From Tubulanus polymorphus (lineage: Eukaryota > Animalia > Nemertea), in contig NC_134036.1 of assembly GCF_964204645.1 (NCBI RefSeq), positions 5,982,600 to 6,046,599 on the forward strand: a stretch of DNA of 64,000 nucleotides. Direction: 5' to 3'. The translations under genes and the position numbers were made by a program. How positions within the stretch are numbered: position 1 is the first letter of the stretch; the number at the start of each line of letters is the position of its first letter. This document shows positions 40,001 through 51,000 of this stretch, in pieces. Below the pieces are notes generated by a model, which saw only the letters and a list, made by a program, of their open reading frames with translations, was not told where the DNA came from and searched no databases.

Positions 40001-41921
40001 CTAAGTTAGATTTTTGTATTTGAATCTACCAAGGGCCCATCAGCATAACAAAAATTGGGTCAACCTTACTCAAGATGGCCGTCCTAGGACCTTTTAAGTG
40101 CCCAAAAATGTTAATTTTGGCCCGAATTCCGAGTCCTGTAGCTTCCTACTGGTTTGCCATTTCTCATTGCAATTGCTGATTGACATTCTTTGGAAAGGGA
40201 TGTTTTATACCTGAGACAGGTATTTTTGATCAGCCAATTGGCGGCCATCTTGGTGTCATCAGTACTCATTCGTAGGTAGGAAAAAGTTTTTCCACATTAA
40301 ATTGATACCTAAGCATTATTGTGTTACTATATTCAATTGGAAAGTTGTAGCCCATAACGTGTTCTATGATTTTGGTGAGTTTCAAGGTCATTGGTTTTTG
40401 CATGTGGCCACCAGGGGGCGTTGAATAATACAATAACTTATTATTTCTATATTATATTTGTACCTATGCATATTTTGTTACCACAATCAATTACAAAGTT
40501 GTAGCTCATGACATCTTCAATGATTTTGGTGAGTTTTAAGGACATTAGGCTAAACAAAAATGATACCTTGTTTCTCCGCAGCGGCCGGGTCATTTTAGTA
40601 AAATATGATAAAATTTATAAACAGTTCATTTCTATAGCGGCCGGGTCTGTTATGGTAAAATTGATCACGATTTTTAAAAAAGTAATGTATAGAGTAGATA
40701 GGCGGCCGGCCGGGTCAACATTTAAGCTCAGCAGAGCGGAGAAACAAGGTATCAATTTTTTTTTAGCCTTAGTTATTCTATATGGTCACCAGGGGGTGTT
40801 GAATAGTAGAATAACTTAGCATTAGAGCCCACAGATAGAAGAACATATACAGCCTACAAGTAAAACTACAGTCAACCCCCACGATATACTGCGGGAGGGC
40901 GGTATATCGGGGTTGACTGTATAAAGAAATTACCAGGCAAAAATGTTCGAAAAAAAATTTTCATACAAAAGTTAAGTTTTCAGAAATTTTTTCCCCATAT
41001 TTTTCACATGCATCTTATCTCTGCTAAGACAAAGTACATTGTATGTTACCTGTTTTTAAACCTGGAATCACTATTATCTTCAACAGGCGAATGGACAGAA
41101 AATTGGGAAAAAGGAATGACCAACTTTTCCCATCCACCATGTAAGGATTGCGGACGAGTAGAGCAAAATGGTAAAGGTGCACGCCTAATCATTTTAGATG
41201 CAGGAAGTCGAAATGGCTTTGTGCCAGGTGCAAACCTAGTTTTTGAAGCGAAAAATGGTTCTGGAGATTATCATCACCAAATGGATGGTAAATATTATTA
41301 AGTCTTTGTTTTCAATATCCATATTAATGTCTATTTCAACTTGGCTTCAGAGCATATCAGATTGCCTAGCTCAGTCAGTTTTGGTGGTAAATATCTGGTA
41401 AGGGTCCTATTGGTTAAGTTTGAATTATTGTCCTCGTTGAAAACATGAAGTTTGAGTTAGACTCAAACTGTGAAACTTTTGTGAAACTAGGCCCAGGGGC
41501 CGGTTGCTCAAAAGTTGATTTAAAACAACCTTTGAGCAGCCAGCCCCTCCATAGCATAAATTGCTCTGATTGTGTGACAACTGATATCTCAAAAAAGTAT
41601 ACCCATCAAAAATATCACTCTCTAATAGTCGTATGAAAAATGCTGATCGCCTACAGCCTACATCAATCATCAATTTCGAAACTAATCATATTCTATGTGC
41701 TTTTCAGGAGACATATTCGAAACATGGCTCGAGGACCAATTGATTCCAGCATTAGAGGAACCTTCCCTTATAGTCATGGACCAAGCGTCATATCATCTCT
41801 GCTTAGTAAAGGAAAGTCAGGCTCCAAAAAGCTCACAGAGTAAAGAAGAGATCAAGGTATTAAAAAACCTAGATGGCCAGTTTTGAAAAATTGTTTTCAC
41901 AAATTCAATTTAAAGACATAT

Positions 41922-42000
<79 letters not shown>

Positions 42001-45000
42001 GCTCATCAGAATTTATGAAATCACTTTTTCAAAACTGGTTTCAAAATAATAAATTCCATCATATAAGATTTAAACCAAGGGAAACCCCATGTCTCAGAAA
42101 ACATCTCAGAAAACCATTGCATTAGGCCACACCAAAAGAAAACCCTGTTTCTCGGGCCCGACCGACCTGATATTTCGTCATTTCAAATAATCATTTTCAG
42201 AATAAAATATAATTATCATATTCCTGACTAAAAATTTAGTCCAGTAAAAACTATTTACGGCGACCTACCCACTGATAGAAGAATAACCGATATTTTTTTT
42301 CTATACAGAAAATAAATGTCCTACCTACCTACCCATTTTGGGATCATTCATTTATTACGTACGCATAAAATTTGAATTTTTCAACCCCCCTCCCCTCTGT
42401 ACGCAAAATCGGCCATTTTTGTCATATACACTAAGCATCACAGAACGCAATTGCACTGACCCCTCCCCGAATGCATACGTAATAAATGAATGACCCCTTA
42501 CAGTGCCATACAGGTTCAAGGAATGAAGTATCTATTTGGTATGCTTATGATGCTAATAACATTAAATTTTAATTTTAATTTTAAAATAAAATTTAATTTT
42601 TCAGAGATGGTTGGAAAAGAAAAAAGTGACATACGACCAAAATCTAAACAAACAACAACTTGTTAAACTATGTCAAACTCAGTCACCAAATAAACTTTAC
42701 AAATCAGAGCAGCTGATTCTCGATTCTGGACACGAGCTACTGATATTACCAGTCAAACATTGCGAGCTCAACCCAATTGAAATGGTTTGGCACCAGATTA
42801 AAGCATATGCAAAGAAAAAAAACACAACAAATAAACTGAAGGATGTGGAAAAGCTAATCATTGAAGGGAGAGAACAAGTCACGGCGGAAAATTGGAGAAA
42901 CTACGAGGATCATGTGAAGAAAATCGAAAACGAATTATGGATTAAGGACAAATTATCAGACAATCTAGTAAAAAATTTTGAAACTAATCATATTGTAATA
43001 AATCTGAATGATAGTGATGAGAGTGAGGATGAGAGAGAAAATGAGAGAGAGAATCAGGGTGCGGAAGATGACAGTGAGAAAGATGGAAATATGTCTAGTG
43101 AGGGAGATGAGAGCGAGAATGAGGTTTGTGCGGTGTGTGGAGAGAAGGATGATTGTGGAGATGATCAGCTGGTTGAATGGGTAGCTTGTAGTATGTGTGA
43201 TCGCTGGTTCCATGTTTCTTGTTTAACCAATCATGATTCAGAAAATTTCAAATGCAAAAGATGTGAAGATATTCTATGCAAATCAATGTACTTTTTGGAA
43301 CCGTAAATTATCCAATCATATCTTAGAAATTCATTTACTTCAATCATTTGATGTACATGTATATATCATCTAAACTGGTTTATTTCTAAGTATCGAATTT
43401 AAATGACATTGTTTCCAGAACGAAGGCTCTTTGACTGTGCAACTGAGCATATATTCATACAAATCACTCATTAAAGCATTACCCATTCTCCAAACTAGCT
43501 GAATTTTGAAAAAGGGCCTCGTTAAAATTTATGAGCTTTTTCACGAAAATCTGATCGTAATAATATCTGTTTTAAAAAGCCAATCAGAAAGCAAAGACTC
43601 CTCTATGATTGGCTTCGCCGCAGAAATCAGCAGGTGTTCACGTGAACCCGCGGTAATTTCAACTGTTTTACTTCCGGGTTTTATTTTAAGATCTAAAATT
43701 TTATTTCAATATAGATTTCTGCGAAATCTTTACTTCATTTGATTTTTGGGAGGAATACTTTTAATTGCACCACAGAAAATATCATAGAAAATTGTGCCAA
43801 GTCCGGGGAAAAAAGCTTTTTCTCAAATCGGATGGATGACCTTGATATGCTATTGTGTTAATTATTAGGTATTGACTAGTCTGAGTGCCCCTTGGGGCTC
43901 TTGTTTTTATCTGACCCGTAAATATTCGATACGGCCAAGTGGCGACAATTGTTGTTCGCCATAATTAGCCATGTTTACACATTTGTTTTTAAGTGAAATT
44001 TCCTTGGGCAGGGCAATCACCAAAATGGGTAGGTAGGCAGGACATTTTTTTTACTTTTTATAGAAAAAAAATATCATTCATTCTTCTATCAGTGGGTAGG
44101 TTGCCGTAAATAATTTTTACTGGACTAAATTTTTAGTCAGGAATATGATTAACAGCTAGTAGACTACAATAATAAAAGGATAATCCAAAGTCGCCATCAA
44201 AGTTGTCTGAGCATTTTGGTTTCCATAGACAAGTGGCTGTCCAATATCAATAGTAGATAAAAACCCACAATAAAAAGAAAAACTATCTGGTAGCTTAACG
44301 TTTCAACTCAATTCTATGAGCAATTTTCAAAAACTAAATCAGTTTTTGAAAATGGCTCATAGAATTAAGTTGATAGTTTTTCTTTTTATTGTCGGTTTTT
44401 ATCTACTATTGTCTGAGCATGGCTGCGCCATTTCCAGAATCAAATCTTAAATCCGATATAATAAAATGTTTTTATGATGCTGATCTGTGCCGACATAATA
44501 ATTTGGTAAAAAAATATCTACGAGAAAGGAGTTCGGTCGGCCACATATATATTTTTGAAAAGAGTTATTTGACCTAAAATTTTGAAAAAGGGTCGGTAGG
44601 CGATTATATTTTATTCTGAAAATGATTATTTGAAATGGGGAAATATCGGGTCGGTCGGGCCCGAGAAACAGGGTTTTCTTTTGGTGTGGCCTAAGTGCAA
44701 TTGCGTACACTGTAATGCTTAATGTTCATGAAAAAATAATGTAATTGTAAATAGTGCAAACCTCTATGTATCTATGTTATCTTGTCTGTAATCTGTCAAT
44801 ACAGTTCAACGTTAATTAAATATTATATTATGTTATTATTGTTTGTATTGTGGCTGAAAATGGGTATCTACACGTCTCGAAGATAAACCTTTTTCCCTTT
44901 TTACTAAACTGATGAAACACATCCATTGATCAAAAACCTGTTTGACAGAACCCTACCGAAGGTGTACTACAGAAATTTCAATAAAAATGCAAACGGAACC

Positions 45001-48000
45001 ATCTGTACAGAACTCAGGATTTAGACCTCAAAATTGACCCGATTAACTCCCGGTAAAACAGAATAAGCCGGAATTGCATTCAGCCAAGCAGGCTATAAAT
45101 TACCGATTAGACTTAGGATGATTAACTGCATTCGTTGAGACCACAAATTTGCTTCGTCATATTCTGTATCCTGGTTTAAATCTACCGAGTGGATGATTTG
45201 TCGCGTACACCGAATAAACCAAGAAGTATAGATCCTTCGATTTGCAGCAATTTCTTGACCACGTTCAATGTCATGCGCATTTGAATTATCTGACAGACCA
45301 AAAACCATTCAACAATGTTGGGTAATCTTGCAAAGCTCCTTGAACACACTCTGAAATTAAAATGTTACATGAACAATCCAATAGGATTAGTTTGAAAACC
45401 GGTAGGACAGTGAATGGTATTCAGTGAAACTCGCAGAAATTGCTTTTTCAGTATGCATTGCCATTGGTCCGGTTTTTAAACTAAGTAAATTTCATAAAAA
45501 TCGAAAATATTCAACTTATCTATAAGCCGTACATCGGGTAAGTTCAATAAATTTGATTGGGTCCAACAAGTACGACTTATATGTGGACTAGTTATTGTGT
45601 AAATAAAAAGTTTGATCTACCTCCACTCCATGTCCATGTCCTACTTTCCTTTCCAACTACCTACATATTCAGCCATGATTGATGAAAACTGCGGGACGGA
45701 CCATGAACTCTCTTCCCAAAAATTCAGTTCAACTAAAAAAAGCAACTGCGCATTAGGTCTTTAATTCATTTCGAACTAGCTGAATGAAGGGTTACTGTCC
45801 ATGACTTACCTTATTGAGCATTTCCGACAGAGAGCAACATTAGGCGTTGTGTACCTCCCCCCGCGCCGCGCACACGAGGAGAGCGCGGTGCGGTTGGTTC
45901 CCTTCATCATCCATCCATGCTACGGGATCGAAGATATGTGCGGTTTTTCAAAGCGTTACCAATTTCTTTACAAAAAGCGAATCATCTTAAATAACACTAC
46001 GTGGTAATTGTACTCACGCTTACGCTTCAGTCTAAGACGTACAAAAGTGATTTCTTGCCAATCCCGACTAAAAAAAACGGCATTTTACGAGAGTTCGGGA
46101 GTTCTTCAGACTCAGAGTTGGCGGCAAAATGGTAGCTAGCCACACGTGTTTGCATAACCTAACCAACCCGCAAAAAATAAACTCGCCCAGATCACATGAC
46201 TAAAAACGCTCATTAGCATATGCATGAGCCGGAAAAAGACGAACATGGCGGTTGTTTTCGCCGATTTAAGATGCGATTTCCTACACTTCTTACCAATCCT
46301 TCTAAACGGTGATAAACGAATAAAATATCGGATATTCATATGTCGTCCGCGACTTTTGTGGTCACGATAAGACCTAAATGAGGTATGTACTACAAATACT
46401 AAGCAAGATATCGCGAAAAAACAGGTCTCATACATTAATAAATAGACATTAGGCCTAAACGAGTCCATCGGCAGGGATTACTAACATTTAAGATTGGCCA
46501 GACGTCCAGACAAATATATTTCATAGACTGCGCATTTATGTGATCGTGATAAAATTTAGGATACAAATGTAGCCTACTGTTAGAGCAAATGATGGTAAAA
46601 ATGTAGCACCGGTTCAGGTATAGGCCTAAATAAATAGAAACAAAAATAGGCCTAGGCCAATATCAAAACAATATAGGCCTACGCAAGGAATGCAATTCAG
46701 TAGGCCTACCAGTACCGGTAAGGCACAGGATTAGTAAATGTTCGTTTCAGTATTTTTAACCTGCATAAATGGCATGGTAGTTTTTAGATATTGTACCGGT
46801 ATGTAGGCCTACAAGGCCTCCATAAAAACGTGGACTTTAGTTCATGTAACTGATATGGTACATTGAGTAGTATGATTACTCATTTTGCGGCCTTGCTGGA
46901 GTTACTATTGTACATATTATTGTACACAACCCTCTTTCAATTTGTATTCATTGAAACATTTGCTATTACAGGGTATGGCCTTGTTTTACCCTAGATTGTC
47001 TTGTACATAAACAGTGCAAAACCTGTAGGCCTACATCAATCAATCATTCAGGCTACCACGAGAATGATGCTGTAGGCTATACAATTGGCTTCATCGGCCT
47101 AGGTGTTCATCACGAGATCTAAATGCATCATTGGGGATCCATTCCCCCCCCCCCCCCGATTTCTAAGATCGCCTAGACTGGTCTTAAAACTAAGTATGAT
47201 AGCCTTAGTCCGGTCTTGAATGCAGAATCTAAGATAGGCTAACCTTAGACCGTTAGACTGGTCTTGAATCTAACTAAGACAGCCTTAGCCTGGTCTTAAA
47301 TATCACTAAGATAACCTAAGCCTGGTCTTAAATCTCACTAAGATGACCTTAGCCTGGTCTTAAATCTCACTAAGATAACCTTAGCCTGGTCTTAAATCTC
47401 ACTAAGATAACCTTAGCCTGGTCTTAAATCTCACTAAGATTACCTAAGCCTGGTCTTAAATATCACTAAGATAACCTAAGCCTGGTCTTAAATCTCACTA
47501 AGATAACCTTAGCCTGGTCTTAAATCTCACTAAGATAACCTTAGCCTGGTCTTAAATCTCACTAAGATTACCTAAGCCTGGTCTTAAATATCACTAAGAT
47601 AACCTTAGCCTGGTCTTAAATCTCACTAAGATTACCTAAGCCTGGTCTTAAATATCACTAAGATAACCTTAGCCTGGTCTTAAATCTCACTAAGATTACC
47701 TAAGCCTGGTCTTAAATATCACTAAGATAACCTTAGCCTGGTCTTAAATCTAACTAAGATAACCTTAGCCTGGTCTTAAATCTCACTAAGATAACTTTAG
47801 ATAACCTTAGACCGTTAGAACTGTCTTGAATCTAACTAAGATAGCCTTAGCCTGGTCTTAAATCTCACTAAGATAACCTTAGATAACCTTGGCCAAGTCT
47901 TAAATCTAACTAAGATAACCTTAGCCTGGTCTTAAATCTCACTAAGATAACTTTAGATAACCTTAGACCGTTAGAACTGTCTTGAATCTAACTAAGATAA

Positions 48001-51000
48001 CCTAAGCCTGGTCTTAAATCTCACTAAGATAACCTTAGACTGGTCTTAAATCTCACTAAGATAACCTTAGATAACCTTAGCCCAGTCTTAAATCTAACTA
48101 AGATAACCTTAGACTGGTCTTAAATCTCACTAAGATAACCTTAGATAACCTTAGCCCAGTCTTAAATCAAACTAAGATAGCCTAAGCCTGGTCTTAAATC
48201 TCACTAAGATAACTTTAGCCTGGTCTTAAATCTCACTAAGATAGCCTTAACCTGGTCTTTAATCTCACTTAGTTAATCTTAGCCTGGTCTTACATCTCAC
48301 TAAGATAACCTTAGATAATCTTAGCCCGGTCTTAAATCTAACAAAGATAACCTTAGACAGGTCTTACATCTCACTAAGATAACCTTAGATAATCTGAGCC
48401 CGGTCTTAAATCTAACAAAGATAACCTAAGCCTGGTCTTAAATCTCACTAAGATAACTTTAGCCTGGTCTTAAATCTCTCTAAGATAGCCTTAACCTGGT
48501 CTTTAATCTCACTTAGTTAAGGCTGGTCTTAAATCTCACTAAGATAACCTTAGATAACCTTAGCCCAGTCTTAAATCTAACTAAGATAGCCTAAGCCTGG
48601 TCTTAAATCTCACTAAGATAACTTTAGCCTGGTCTTACATCTCACGAAGATAACCTTAGATAATCTTAGCCCGGTCTTAAATCTAACAAAGATAACCTTA
48701 GACTGGTCTTACATCTCACTAAGATAACCTTAGATAATCTTAGCCCGGTCTTAAATCTAACAAAGATAACCTTAGACTGGTCTTACATCTCACTAAGATA
48801 ACCTTAGATAATCTTAGCCCGGTCTTAAACCTAAAAAAGATAACCTTAGACTGGTCTTGAATCTCACTAAGATAACTTTAGATAACCTTAGCCCGGTCTT
48901 AAATCTCACCAAGGTAGCCTTGGACTGGCCTAAAGAATCTAAAGAATTTAGATGACCTTACACTGCTCTCCTAACCAAGATTGCCTTAAACCGGTGTTGA
49001 TTTTCGCCGTGTAGTCATTTCTTATTAAAAGATGTTTGCCCTTGTTTTCTAGGCGTTGGTTTTATCGGGCGCAATTTAGTTCATCATCTGCTCGCGAACG
49101 ATTTATCCGATAAGGTAAGCGTAAGAAGAGGTAGACACCTGAGGATGGTCACTCGATTGCTTTTATTAATTCTCGAGTAATACATTTCGTCCTTAAACTT
49201 TCAGATTTTGTTTACGCCTGGTGGGTTTTATATACTTATTAGGCCTATCCGTTCTCAACGTCAGAGTTAGGCTATTATTCCATCTTTAAATATCTTTATC
49301 GTTCAAACCACCTGTTTCGTTCCCGGCGGGTATTGTAGGTTTGCAATGGATACGAAATTCTGATATAATCAGATTTGATCAATGAATCGAAATGATCGAT
49401 TTTAATTCGGATAAATCACCATATATCAAGATAGAAGAAAATACCTTTACCGCCATCCTTCAAATCCGCGATCGCCAACGCCTACACACGACCTGGTCAG
49501 GATTTCTATAATGTAGGCTACAAAACACCAGATATTAGACATTTTTATCAGCGTTCGTTCTTTTCAGAGGAATTGAACACGCAGACACCACCCTTTTTGA
49601 GAATGATCTGCGAACACATCGGAAAGATATTTTTGTCAGCACACTTAACAACGAATGATCGTCCACACTTAACCGGTTCCATAGTCAGGGCTTAGACTTA
49701 AGACCAGTCTAAGACCAACTTAGTTATATAGCCATTCTAACAACTTAAGACCAGTCTTAAGGTTTGAGACCACTTTTGGACTTAAGTCTTAACCATGGAA
49801 CTGGCCCCTGTGGCGTAACATTGGGCAGCCACATCAGTAGGCACATCGGACAAAACCACTAATGTGTTTAGTACTTCAACTGAGGCATTTTAATTGAAAA
49901 TCAATTTCTATTATTTGATTCTATCGAATGATATTACGAACGCCAAACATCGTAGATTTGACGACGTAAAATGATGGCGGTTATATTCGCTGCTAATCGT
50001 CACCCGCATCACGTGTTTTCATTGTAAATTTCAGATATACGTAGTCGACAGAGTGCCCCCTGTACTGGCCTGGCTCAATACAGCTCACAAGGAGGCGTTC
50101 GCGAAAGTAACGTTCAAACAGGTCAACCTCATCAATCCGAGTAAGTAAAGACGAATGGTCGTTATAGTCGCAAATGATTTGCCCAGATGATAAAATCCTA
50201 CAATTCTACCATTCAATAAGAATTGGTAAAATTTTTGCCACTGGAATTACAAAAAAGAGTAGGTGTCAATCCCGGATCCGAGTTCATGGTTTACAAAAAA
50301 CCCATTCGGGCTGACTCGGTAAAGTTTTTAAAAGATCCCGAAGATAATTACTCTCTTACTGCAGTTAAGACGAGACCAAACAAATTCACTCCGAATCGGT
50401 GTTAAATACTGAATAAGTGTTTGTGAAATACAGTAGACTGTGTCTCTTGGGACTGGTAAAATTCTACCCCGAGCTGGTGTCTAATACTGAGTAAGAGTTT
50501 GTGAAATACAGTAGACTCTGTCTCTTACTGCGGTAAAGTTGAGACTGGTAAAATTCTACCCTGAGTTGGTGGCAAATACTGAGTAAGAGTTAGCGGAATA
50601 CAGTAAACCCTGTGTCTTACTGCGGTCAAGTTTAGACTGGTAAAATTCCAACCCGAGTTGGTGTCAAATACTAAAAAGAGTTTGTGAAATACAGTAGACT
50701 CTTGTCTCTTACCGCGGTATAGTTGAGACTGGTAAAATTCGTGTGATTATTAGTGTAAGATTTTTTTTTTGTTGTTCTTTATTTGTTTTCGTTTTGTTAT
50801 TTTTTGTTCGTCTTTTGTTTTCACCCTCTTTAGACTCGGTGGACGCGCTGTTCGACCAGGTCACCGATGAAAACGACAAACGCCCCGTCGATTTCGTGGT
50901 CAATTTAGCTACCGAAACGAAATACGGCCAAACAGGCGCCGTAAGTTGTCAAAAAGAAAGATGATAATCACTTACAAGAAGCATAGGCCTTTCATTTTCT

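Larger units (their letters stand above)
37453..46449 (+). mobile_element. ~9-kb IS630-Tc1-mariner (Sailor-like, DD83E) DNA transposon in intron 1 of the SDR gene
   Basis: TIRs 37453-37679 and 46223-46449 (~227 bp, about 3 mismatches by eye); TA on both sides (37451-52, 46450-51); encloses a spliced transposase. Confidence 0.92.
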
